A DNA stretch of 64,000 bases, taken from an uncultured Chloroflexia bacterium (GTDB lineage Bacteria > Chloroflexota > Anaerolineae > Anaerolineales > E44-bin32). Position 1 is the stretch's first letter. Each line of letters begins with the position of its first letter. This document shows, piece after piece, positions 8,493 through 18,225 of the stretch. Where the stretch lies: positions 223,217 to 287,216 of the forward strand of contig CAWCPF010000002.1 of NCBI GenBank assembly GCA_963797485.1. The letters are read 5' to 3'. The notes under the pieces were generated by a model that worked only from the letters and a program-made list of their open reading frames with translations, did no database searches and was not told where the DNA came from. The position numbers and the translations under genes were made by a program.

Positions 8493-8525
8493 GAATGGGC
8501 GGATAATGTGGCTGGCAGAGGTCCG

Positions 8526-9210
8526 ATGAAAATTCTGTTGATCGAAGATGACGTCCGACTGACTGCACTGGTAGCCAAAGTGCTGGCCGATGAGGGCCTA
8601 TCGGTAGATCGGGTTCACACCGGCGATGAAGGCCTCGACCTGGCCCTGCACGGAGAATACGATGTGGCTGTGATCGACTGGATGCTGCCGGGCCGGGACG
8701 GGCCGGCCATTTGCCGGGCGGTGCGATCCGCCGGACGGCCCATCGCCCTACTGCTGCTTACCGCCAGGGGGCAGATTGAGGATCGGGTGGCGGGGCTCGA
8801 CAGCGGCGCGGACGATTACCTGGTTAAACCATTTGCGATGGACGAGCTTCTGGCCCGAAATCCGCGCCCTGGGGAGGCGATTTGCTCCGGCCGCGCCCGA
8901 CCCGTGGGAGCTGCGCACGGGGGACCTGGTGCTCGACCTGAAAGCCCATACCGCCCGCCGCGGCCCCAAGGCACTGAATTTGTCCAAGACCGAATGGGGA
9001 CTACTTGAGTTTATGCTCCGCCATCCCGGCCAGGCCTTGACCCGCGAACAAATCCTTGACTACGTTTGGTCGTACGATCACGATGTCCAGCCATCCCTGG
9101 TCGATGTCTATATCTCCTACCTGAGGCGCAAGCTCGATCTCTCCGGCCGGGCCGATCCCATCCACACCGTCCGCGGCGTCGGGTATCGGTTGGAGCCGGA
9201 AGATGTTTAG
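8526..9210 (+). CDS. OmpR/PhoB-family response regulator, apparent frameshift near 8858
   Basis: MKILLIEDDVRLT...DWMLPGRDG...DDYLVKPFAMDELLAR, then (other frame) IRALGRR...LSKTEWGLLEFMLRHPGQALTREQILDYVW...TVRGVGYRLE. An extra A in cgaAAtc explains the shift. Confidence 0.85.
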
Positions 9211-10598
9211 ACCGGTCCGATTGCGTTTGACCTTGCTGTATGCCGCCGCGGGAGTGATCCTCATCTGCCTGCTGGGCGGCGGGACCTACGCGTTGCTCGG
9301 GTTCTTCTTCCAGTCGACCACCGATCTGGCGCTCGAGCACGTCATGGCCCAACAATTCGTCGCATTGGGCGTCCCTCTCCCGGCTGAGCTCTCCCAAGCT
9401 GACCGCCTGTGGGTGTCGAGCCAGGCCGGAGTAACAGTCGGCGGCTTGTTTCCTACCTTGCCGCATCGAACGGCTCCGGATAATTCCGGGGAGGCTGAAG
9501 AAGACACTCAGAGTCCCGACCATGAGCTTTCCGAGGCAGGTGAAGAGAACGGGCTGGATGCCGAGCTGGCAGCCGTATTTGTCTCGGCGCTCAGCGACCA
9601 GGGCGAGCTCCTTCCCGGGTTCAACATCTCACCCGCGCCCCTGGCGCCCGACCGCCAGGCGGTGGACAAAGCGCTTGAGCAGGGATCCGATCTGCGCACG
9701 GTCGTCTCCCCAAGCGGAAGCCGGGTCCGGCTGCTGACGTACCACGTCCCGGACGTGGCTGAGCCATCGATCATCCAGGTGGGACGCTCGCTATCCGACC
9801 AGGATCGGATTCGCGGCCAACTCGTCCTGGGCCTGGTCATGCTGGGCGGCGTTTCGCTGGCCCTGCTGGCGCTTGGAAGCTGGTTTCTGGCCGGGCAGTC
9901 GCTCCAGCCGACCCAGCGGGCGGTCGAACGCCAACAGGCGTTTGTGGCCAATGCCAGTCATGAATTGCGTACTCCCCTCACGCTGATCCGCGCCACGGCC
10001 GACGTGGCCCGCCGAGCATTGAAGGAAGATGACCCTCAGAAGAAGCTCCTGGACCAGATCCTGACTGAGAGCGATCATATGAGCCGGCTGATAGAGGATC
10101 AGCTGCTCTTATCGCGCATCGATTCAGAGGAACTCACCATCACACAGAAGCGGGTCGGATTGCCGGACCTGCTCGAGTTCGCTGCGCGAGACCGTATCCC
10201 GCTTGGCCGGAGACAAAGGCGTGAGACTCGAGGTGCGGCCGGCCGAAGGCGCCGTCTGGGCGGATCCCACCCGGTTGCGCCAGGTCCTGCTGGTGATCCT
10301 GGACAACGCCATTCGCCACACGCCATCCGGTGGTTGGATCCGGATGGAAACTGAGCTCCGAGGACACGAAGTCGTGCTCAGCGTGACCGATTCCGGCCCG
10401 GGGATTGCGGCCCATGATCTGCCCCACGTCTTCGAGCGTTACTACCGGGGAGATCCGGCCCATGCCGGGACTGGGACAGGATTAGGGCTGTCGATCGCCA
10501 AGGGCCTGATTGAAGCCCAGGGAGGCCGCATCGAAGTCGAGAGCCACGCGGGGTCTGGGACGATCGTCCGGCTTCGTCTGCGGGCCATTCAGGGCTAG
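9203..10598 (+). CDS. sensor histidine kinase (HisKA + HATPase_c), apparent frameshift near 10190
   Basis: Two TM segments, H-box FVANASHELRTPLT, then in the second frame N/G boxes LLVILDNAIRHTP, DSGPGI, GTGLGLSIAKGLIEAQGG. ATG 9203 overlaps the response-regulator stop. Confidence 0.85.
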
Positions 10599-10622
10599 CT
10601 GGCGGCCCTTAGCCAAGCGGCC

Positions 10623-11279
10623 ATGTATCAGCAGGATTTCATCAAGCGCCTCATTCTCCAATTCACCCAAGTCATGCTGCAGATCGCCGGCTTGTCACAG
10701 GCCGGGCGTCTCGGGGAGGCCCTGGCGCTGATCGATCAGACCTACGACGAATTGTTCGGCCTGTCCTCGAGCGTCGTGTTCTACTCCTCGGCTGAAGAGT
10801 TGATCCAGCGGGTCTCGAGGGGGGATCGTGATGACCCGCAAAGGATCCGCATCCTGGCTGATCTGCTGCGATCTGAAGCTCAAGTTAACCAGGCTCGTGG
10901 CCAGGATTTCGACGCCCACCAGCGACGACTAAAGAGCTTGGATCTCCACCTGGCTGCGGCCCGGATGGATCCGGCGCTCGACCCCGAATCAACCCTCGGG
11001 ACGGTCCTCGAACTCCGGGACGACATCCAGTCCGGCGGCATGCCGGCTCAGACTCAGGCGAATCTTTTCTTCTACTTCGAGGACCACGGTCACTACCGCC
11101 ACGCGCTGGACACCCTGGAGGCCTACCTCAGCCGGGCAGGGCGGCCGGAAGAAGTGCGTCCGCACGTGCTCGATTTCTGCCGCCGCATGCTGGCGCTGCC
11201 CGAGGCCGGGCTGGCCCAAGGCGGCCTTTCCCGAGCGGAGGTCGAAGCCGTCTTGGCGCGGGAGTCACGGCGGGCCTGA
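10623..11279 (+). CDS. hypothetical helical protein
   Basis: 218-aa intact ORF in good coding context. I recognise no catalytic motif. Confidence 0.5.
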   Translation: MYQQDFIKRLILQFTQVMLQIAGLSQAGRLGEALALIDQTYDELFGLSSSVVFYSSAEELIQRVSRGDRDDPQRIRILADLLRSEAQVNQARGQDFDAHQRRLKSLDLHLAAARMDPALDPESTLGTVLELRDDIQSGGMPAQTQANLFFYFEDHGHYRHALDTLEAYLSRAGRPEEVRPHVLDFCRRMLALPEAGLAQGGLSRAEVEAVLARESRRA

Positions 11280-11627
11280 CCGCCGTTCGCTATCACAGCC
11301 GGGCATGCGCCTTGCTCACCTTGAGCGACGCAGCGGCGATGCCTGGGCCTCGGGCCCTCGGCATGACACTTGAAAAGCATGTCATTCCGAGGCAGGCGCA
11401 GCCGGTGCAAGCCCTCCCCATGCTGGTCCCCCGAATCTTGGAGTTGGGAGAAAGGACCAGGAAGCGGTGCTGTCATAACGAGTTCCTGGATTACCTCAAG
11501 GCGCGTATCGGCGGACCCCAGCCACACACGCCCCTGGGATGACAGCTAAAAGCCCAAAACACACGGAGGACGACCGGCGCCTGAGAAACACGCTGCCGTA
11601 TCTCCCTGAAGTCATCCAAGAGACGGC

Positions 11628-11645
11628 TTGTGAATTCCTTCACAA
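11628..11645. promoter_or_regulatory. CRP/FNR-type palindrome TTGTGAATTCCTTCACAA
   Basis: Perfect 7-4-7 palindrome, ~75 nt upstream of the glycosidase start. Identical 18-mers occur at 25992 and 61517. Confidence 0.5.
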
Positions 11646-11718
11646 TTCCCCGCAAAGTCCTAGAGCCTCGACCGAGGCCTGGCCTGCGGTGGTGGTATCC
11701 TGATCCGAGTTCGCCGGC

Positions 11719-13333
11719 ATGGGCATGGAGCCCCGAGAACACGTGAAGCGACTCAGACGAGCGGCATGGTTGATCGCCAGCCTGGCCATGATGGCGGCGC
11801 AGGGACAGAGCGGATCGGCCGGCGAGTGGCGACAGATTGCCGATGGCGTCAGCTTCCAGATGTTCAACCTGCCCGGCCCAAATCGCGCCTACGTCGTTCT
11901 CATGGACCGAAGCAATCCCAATGTGACCCTGGACACGGCCATCGCCGGGGGACGGATCACCGAGGGCAAGGAAACCGTCAGCCAGATGGCGGAGCGCTAT
12001 GACGAGACGCTGGGCTCGTGGGAGCCGGCCTGGGGATCGCGTGACCAGGTGGTGGCGGTCATCAACGGCTCTTTCCACAACGAGGAGACCGGCAGTCCGC
12101 TGAGCGGGATGGTGCAGTCCGGCTGGTACCTCAAGCGTTTTGATGATCTGGGGGGCGGCAGCGGGTTCGCCTGGAAGCTCGATCGGGGCGCCTTCATCGG
12201 CGGGTGCGTCCGCCATCCTCCGGAGGGCCAGTTGGTCACGTATCTCGAATCCGGAGACCAGCAGATCATCGATGGGATCGACGACCGTCGACAGGGGGAC
12301 GAGCTGGTCGTGTACACACCGGCCTTTGATTTCCGGACGCACACCTCCGACTTGGGGATCGAAGTGGTGGTCGAACTCGATCAACCCTTCACCATCCTGC
12401 CTTATCCCCAGATGGTGCACGGGGTCGTGCGGGCGATCCATGTCGACCAGGGGAACTCCCCCATCCCATTTGATTCGGTCGTCCTGTCGGCCAGCGGCGA
12501 TGCCGCCAAGACTCTCCGGGCTCACGCCCAAGTGGGAGCCCGAGTTCGGCCTGTCCACACTGATCCAGCACTTTAAAGCCAACTGCCGCACGCCGGATGG
12601 GGACAACTGGTCGGAAACGTATGCCAGCCTGTCGGGGAGCTTCGTCTTCCTCGAAGATGGAGAGATCCAATCGTTTGACGATCTCGGGGCGATAACGCCC
12701 TCCCCGCGGACGGCCGTTTGCTTCAATGATGACAGCATTTACTTTGTGGTAGTGGATGGCCGCGATGCGGCCCACTCGATCGGGATGACGATGGACGGAT
12801 TGGCCCACTTTTGCCGTGATCGGCTGGACGCCGATTGGGGCATTAACCAGGACGGCGGCGGGTCGTCAACGCTTTGGCTGAACGGCAAGGTCATGAATCG
12901 TCCGTCGGATGGGCACCAGCGCGCCGTGGCCAACGGTCTCATGATGGTCGAGGTCAAACCACCAGAATTCTCCGATCGCTACCACCCCGGCGACAGCATC
13001 CGGATAAAGGACCTACTCGATTTTCGCCTCGGGCCGGGGAACAACTACCGGGGGCCCGGGGACCTGCCCGCTGAAAGCCAGGTGACGGTTGTACACCACC
13101 TCAATGGACTGGACGGGGTGCGGGCCACGAGTGAGTATTGGTGGCAGGTCGAGTACCAGGGACAATTGGGATGGGTTCCGGAAAGCGCCATGGAACTGGT
13201 CACGCCGGCGGGGCCGACCCCTTCAGACCCGGGACAGACCCAGATTGTGCCTCCAGACCCCGTTCAGGCCTTGCTGGCCAATCCTAGGTGGATTTGGTCC
13301 CAGGCCCCGTGGCTGAGCCAGGTCTGGCCCTGA
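11719..13333 (+). CDS. phosphodiester glycosidase family protein (DUF2233/NAGPA-like) with C-terminal SH3 domain, apparent frameshift near 12535
   Basis: N-terminal signal-like segment, INGSFH..., then in the second frame PRTAVCFNDDSIYFVVVDGRD...GINQDGGGSSTLWLNG, and an SH3b-like tail (YWWQVEYQGQLGWVPESAMELV). Confidence 0.7.
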
Positions 13334-13369
13334 CCGCGGCGTCCATTCCGCATCTCCCCCCTGCTCGGA

Positions 13370-14999
13370 TCATAAGTCGGGCCAGCTGCAGCTCTGGGTC
13401 TGATCGCCCACCTGGACCGTCCAGAATTGGGAGTTTTCCAGCCTGGTGACCGGATAGGCCGCCAGGGCCGGTGCCAAAGGCCGCAGCATTTTCAAAGCCT
13501 GCGCCTCGCTGAATCGGTAGGACGGCCAGCCGGCCGTCGCCGCCCGGTCCTCCAGAACCGCCAGGTCGCACGCCAGGGCTGGAAGCAGGCTGTCACGCGC
13601 CTCGGCGGGGAAGGTCTGGAATCTCTCAACCAGAGGCGCCACCGAGTCGGTCGAGAGAGTAGACAGATAGCCAGCGTCGAGTTCGCCGGCCCTCGAGGGG
13701 TTGGCGAAATTCTGTTCCACGATGAACGCATCCACGTTGAGCAAGTTGAGGCTCAGGCAGAATCCAAGCGCGCCGGCGGCACACGCCACGGCAAACCCGC
13801 GCAAGCGATCCGTCAGCAGCAAGGCCAGGAACGCCAGGAACAGGAGCCCCATCCACAAAATGGCCACATGGGTGTACGTCCGGAGCCGGCTGAAGCCGTA
13901 GGCTTCCTCGTACAGCAGCAGGCGTGTGAACGCCGATGCCAGGATGATACCGGTGAGGCCCACCAGCAAGGCGCTCAACCCGCCGAACCCGGCGCGCTGG
14001 CGGGCTCGATCACGGCGTGCCCACGCGCCGAGCGCCAGGATCAAGCCCAGTGTGAGAACGGCCAGGAACACCAGCTCGGCGAAGCCGCGGCGGGCGTACT
14101 CGGCGTAGGTGTACCCGGCGGCTGTGATGTTGCTCTGGCCGCCAAACAAGTATCGGAACTGCACCCCCACAAACGCGGCGAACAAGACGTCGACCGCACC
14201 CAGCACGACCGCCGATTTCGGTGAAACCGATGAAGGGACTTAAGAGCGGCTGGTCCAGACCCACCAGGCGGCGGCTTTCGGCGCGCCGCAGGGCCGCCAC
14301 CAGCGCGCCCAGGGTAAACAAACCGCTCAAGATCAAGACCGTCAGGCGGCCCATATACTCGAAGAAGCGCGCCAGATCGAGCCAATCCAGGGCGCGCTTC
14401 ACATAATCGCCGAAGACCAGATCGGCGGAGCTTAGCAGGACCAGAAACACGATCAGAATCGGAAAGGCCAGCAGCAGGCCCCGCCCGACGCCGGCCAGGG
14501 TGGATTGGGACTGCCGCTGGCGCAGCAGGCGAGCCTGGGTCTCCGACAGCACCCGCCAGGGCCTGAACCAGGCCTCCAGCGGCGGGATGACCAGCCCCAG
14601 GCCGAAATCGGCGAAACCGAACGCCATCAGGTCTTTGGACCTATAGGTCCGGACAAGCAGCGCCAGTCCGCATAGTGTCAGAATCACATCCAGGAAAACG
14701 GTCAACGGTTCGGATCGGAACGCCGGCAGGACCGACAGCACGGCCACCGCCGCGCCTAGACCCAGGCTTGGGGCCGAGGGCTTGACGCCTTCCTGCCAGC
14801 CCAACCCGATCAGGGCCGCCAGGCAGAGCCAGGTCCAGATAGCGAAAGACACACCCAGGGGGCGGCCGTAGAAGAGATATTCGAAGGCGGTGCCCAAAAC
14901 GAGCCCGGCGGCCGCCAGCCTTAAGGGGCGGCGAAAGCCGGAAGGCTGGGCGGTGGCTTCGACTTCGAGGGCGGGCGTGTCGGCCGGGATGGTTGCCAT
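13370..14999 (-). CDS. DUF4153/DUF4173-family polytopic membrane protein, apparent frameshift near 14215
   Basis: ORFs 14010-15119 and 13370-14206 join at ...SPFIGFTEI / VVLGAVDVLFAAFVGVQFRYLFGG. Start MATIPAD with AAGGAG 8 nt upstream. Confidence 0.6.
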
Positions 15000-15205
15000 G
15001 CTGCAGTCTCCTTGAGGGTCCGAGCGGAAGGCGTCCTTCACCCGCCAGGGGAACCCATGCGCGGCGGTGAGTCCACTATGGCCAACCAGGGCTGTCAAAA
15101 GACGGCAAGCGACTCTCAAAGCCCTCCAGATAGGCTAGGATGAGGGCGTTCTTGCGTGGCCCACACGGCCGGCCGGGCCCAAAGCCGTGCCCCTGGGGGC
15201 GGCTG

Positions 15206-15771
15206 ATGGACAGACCCGTCTGGATCCACGTCATCCCCGAGGCCGATGCCAGCGGTGAACTGGCGGAGCTGTACGACCGCTGGCAGGACCGCCGTCACCA
15301 CAAGGTGGACAACATCCTGCGGGTGCATTCGCTGCATCCTCGGACCCTGGGCGAGCACGCCGAGCTCTACGACACCACCATGCACGGCCCCTCCGGGTTG
15401 AGCCTGGCCGAGCGCGAGATGATCGCCGTGGTGGTGTCGTCCCTCAATCAGTGCCACTACTGAATGACCCACCATGCGGCCGGTCTGGGCCGCCTGCTCC
15501 GCCGGCGTCCGGATGCCGAAGCCCAGGAGGCGGGCCTGAAGACAGACCACACAGCGCTCGACCTGGCTCCACGCGAACGCTCCTTGCTGGACCACGCCGC
15601 CAAGCTGACCGCACGCCGTGGGATATGGCGGAATCCGACCTGGGTCCGCTGCGCCAGGCCGGACTGAGCGACATCGACATCCTGGACGCCAATCTGACGG
15701 TGGCTTATTTCGCCTACGTCAACCGCCTGGCCCAGGGACTGGGGGTCGAAGTCGAGCCATACGTGGGGTAG
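15206..15771 (+). CDS. carboxymuconolactone decarboxylase (CMD/AhpD) family 'peroxidase-related enzyme' with an in-frame TGA at the CxxC (Sec candidate); separate frameshift near 15612
   Basis: MDRPVWIHVIPEADASGELAELY...LSLAEREMIAVVVSSLNQCHY[TGA]MTHHAAGL...LDHAAKLT, then PWDMAESDLGPLRQAGLSDIDILDANLTVAYFAYVNRLAQGLGVEVE. A missing C in acCCgc explains the later shift. Confidence 0.75.
15476..15493 (+). promoter_or_regulatory. SECIS-like hairpin GCGGCC-GGUCUG-GGCCGC, 12 nt downstream of the in-frame UGA
   Basis: Perfect 6-bp stem with a 6-nt G/U-rich loop. Its position and loop resemble the minimal E. coli fdhF SECIS. Confidence 0.45.
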
Positions 15772-15802
15772 GCGGCGGGCGCGGGCGGTCCCGGCAGCGA
15801 CA

Positions 15803-16733
15803 TCACGGGCCGGGAAACTCCGGCAGGACGAGTTCGGCCAGGGCGGCCAGCCCGTCCAGATCGTCCAGCTCAAGCCACTGCAGCATGATGCGCTGGACCC
15901 CGGCGCTCTGGTAGGCGTGCAGTTGGGGCAGGATTTCATCCCCGACCCCGACGATGATGGTGCGCCGGCGCTGGGCCTCCACGCTGGAACCCCGGGCTTG
16001 CGCCTTGGCCTCAAGACCCGCAGCCGTGGCGCTGAACAGGATGTTGATCATCAGAGAGCGGCGCACCTCTCCCGGATCGCGGCCGCGGGCTGCCAACAGC
16101 CCGTCCAGGTGCCGGCTCAGATCGCTGAACTCGGCCGGGGAGACAAAGTTGCCGTTCCACTCGTTGGCAAAACGGGCCGCCAGAGGCATCGTCCGCCGGC
16201 GGCCGCTGCCCCCGATCAGCAGGGGCGGCCGCCCGGGCGCCAGGGGCGGCGGGAGCAGCAGGGCGTCACGCAGCTGATAGGTGCTGCCCTGGAACGAGAC
16301 CGGCTCCTTCTCACGCAGCAGCCGGTAGATCACCTCCACCCCCTCCTCGAAGCGGTCGAAGCGTCCTTCGCCTTTCAGGAGCGGGAACCCGAACATCTCG
16401 TGTTCCAGATCCTGCCAGCCGCTGCCCACGCCAAGCACCAGGCGGCCGCCCGAGAGCGTGTCGATGTCCTTGCCCATCCGGGCGATGAACACCGGGTGGC
16501 GGAACGAGACCGGCGCCACCAGCGGGCCGAACTCGATCCGGGTGGTGTGGCTGGCGAGCCAGGTGAGCGACGTCCACAACTCGAGCGAGTCCTCGATGAG
16601 GATGGTTGGGGATGGTGAAGTGATCCGAACGGAACAGGCCGGCAAAACCCAGTTCTTCGGTTGCCCCGGCGATGCGCTTCCAGCGGTCCCATGTCAGGCC
16701 CTGCTGGCCTTCGATCATCAGGCAGACATCCAT
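15803..16733 (-). CDS. LLM-class (luciferase-like) F420/flavin-dependent oxidoreductase, apparent frameshift near 16615
   Basis: MDVCLMIEGQQGLTWDRWKRIAGATEELGFAGLFRSDHFT, then SPSPTILIEDSLELWTSLTWLASHTTRIEFGPLV...LVLGVGSGW.... Confidence 0.75.
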
Positions 16734-16874
16734 GGCTTTCTTAGCCCTCTCCCGCGGCCGTCCCGGTGGTCTCCCCATCATAGCGGGTTCCCACAGGGAG
16801 GCCAGCCGGAGCCGCCTGCGCCGGGTCGGCCCTGGCCGGGAACCGGTTTCAGGTTAAACCGTCTTAAGCGTGCC

Positions 16875-17348
16875 ATGAAGACCCTACAAACGGTCCCATT
16901 CCTGTTTGTGATATTCCTCACAAGCTGCGCCGGAGCTGGGACGGCCGGCTCGCCTGCTTTGGCCGCGCCCAGCCGCACTCCGGGCCAGGCGCCCCCGAGC
17001 GCCACGCCCGCCTTGCCGGCGGTCACCCCGCTGTCTGTTGACCAACTGCCTCCCGAGGCGGCGGCCATGGTCGGGCGTGTCCAAGCCGATCTGGCTGAGC
17101 GCCTGTCGGCCCCGCCGGGCGCGACCATGACCTTGCTCTCGGCCGAGGCCGTGGTGTGGCCCGACGCCAGCCTGGGCTGCCCCCGCCCGAACACGGGCTA
17201 CATCCAGGTGGAGACGCCTGGCTACCGGATCGTGCTGTTGGCCAACGGGGGCGACTACACGTACCACACGGATGCGAGGGACAACTTCGTGCTGTGCATG
17301 AACGGGGAGCCGGAGAATCCGGGGACCGAGCCCCAGGTGGCACCGTGA
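16875..17348 (+). CDS. lipoprotein, unknown function (paralog A)
   Basis: Signal peptide plus lipobox (FLFVIFLTSC), a Pro/Ala-rich linker, and a conserved C-terminal module VVWPDASLGCPRPNTGYIQVETPGYRIVLLANGGDYTYHTDARDNFVLC. Confidence 0.7.
   Translation: MKTLQTVPFLFVIFLTSCAGAGTAGSPALAAPSRTPGQAPPSATPALPAVTPLSVDQLPPEAAAMVGRVQADLAERLSAPPGATMTLLSAEAVVWPDASLGCPRPNTGYIQVETPGYRIVLLANGGDYTYHTDARDNFVLCMNGEPENPGTEPQVAP
16906..16923. promoter_or_regulatory. CRP/FNR-type palindrome TTGTGAtattccTCACAA inside the lipoprotein signal-peptide codons
   Basis: Read directly from the sequence, 31 nt downstream of ATG 16875. Confidence 0.35.
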
Positions 17349-17601
17349 TCGCCGCTGGTCATCGAGGGCCGAACAAATACGGGTGTCCGACAGGGCGTCT
17401 GTCAAACCGCATGCAGGCGCTCGATTCGGCGCCACGCAGTAGAGTACGGATGCGCTTCGCGGCCTCGGGCCGATCCGCGTAGAATTTGCAGCCGATGTCC
17501 GGTCGGCCCATCCTCGTGACGGCTGACTGGCCTCCGATGCGCACCGACGGGCGAGCGAACAACCCAGTCTCCGGGAACCTTTCTCAAGGTAGATTCGTCC
17601 T

Positions 17602-18135
17602 ATGGGCATGAACACGCTGCGAATGACCTCCCTTGTCTTGGCCGTTTTCCTTGTCGGCTGCGCCGGAAGGCCCGCCCTGCCCACCGCCGGAGCCTCCGGG
17701 GTTCCGGCCACCCAGGCCAGCCGGCCTTCGGCCACACAGGCTCAGCCATCCACCCCTGCCGTCACTCAACCCCCGGCCGCCACCCCGCTGCCAACCCAGA
17801 AGCTCCCCCAGGATGCGCGTTTGATGGTCGACAGAGTGAAGGCAGCTCTGGCTGATCAGCTGTCGGTCAAGGGGGAGACGATCCAACTCGCGCTGGCGCA
17901 AGCCGTGATCTGGCCCGACGCCTCTCTAGGCTGCCCACGCCCGGGCACCGATTACATCCAGGTGCAGACGCCAGGCTTTGTGATCTCCCTGCAGGCGGGC
18001 GGAGAGACCTACCTGTTCCACACCGACCAAACCTCCAACTACGTCCTTTGTCCGGCCGGCGAGGGGCCCTTTCCTGAGATCCCGGTCACGCCCTCCGGCA
18101 TCCAGGATGGTGTACCCTGGCTTCCGGTCAACTAG
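17602..18135 (+). CDS. lipoprotein, unknown function (paralog B)
   Basis: Lipobox LVGC, a PT/Q-rich linker, and the same module VIWPDASLGCPRPGTDYIQVQTPGFVISLQAGGETYLFHTDQTSNYVLC. TAGATT lies 6 nt upstream of the ATG. Confidence 0.7.
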   Translation: MGMNTLRMTSLVLAVFLVGCAGRPALPTAGASGVPATQASRPSATQAQPSTPAVTQPPAATPLPTQKLPQDARLMVDRVKAALADQLSVKGETIQLALAQAVIWPDASLGCPRPGTDYIQVQTPGFVISLQAGGETYLFHTDQTSNYVLCPAGEGPFPEIPVTPSGIQDGVPWLPVN

Positions 18136-18156
18136 CGTTGTCTTAACCAAGGTAAG

Positions 18157-18192
18157 AAAACGGGGCCCACTGTGAAGTGGGCCCCGTCTTTT
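18157..18192. terminator. bidirectional rho-independent terminator
   Basis: aaaa-CGGGGCCCACT-gtga-AGTGGGCCCCG-tctttt, between convergent genes. Confidence 0.8.
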
Positions 18193-18225
18193 CAGCAGGC
18201 TAGCCTTGCTGTCGAGAGCCGTCGC

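Noticed and set aside
11628-11645. The GAATTC (EcoRI site) core inside the palindromes as a restriction-modification related signal.
   Set aside because: GAATTC occurs many times elsewhere in the window, and two palindrome variants lack it. No R-M genes are present.
11491-12738. A 415-aa minus-strand ORF opposite the phosphodiester glycosidase.
   Set aside because: It is an antisense shadow ORF. It has no RBS or motifs, and the plus strand has conserved glycosidase and SH3 sequence.
15116-15595. A 159-aa minus-strand ORF spanning the TGA region of the CMD gene.
   Set aside because: It has no family resemblance. The plus-strand frames carry conserved CMD-family sequence on both sides of the TGA.
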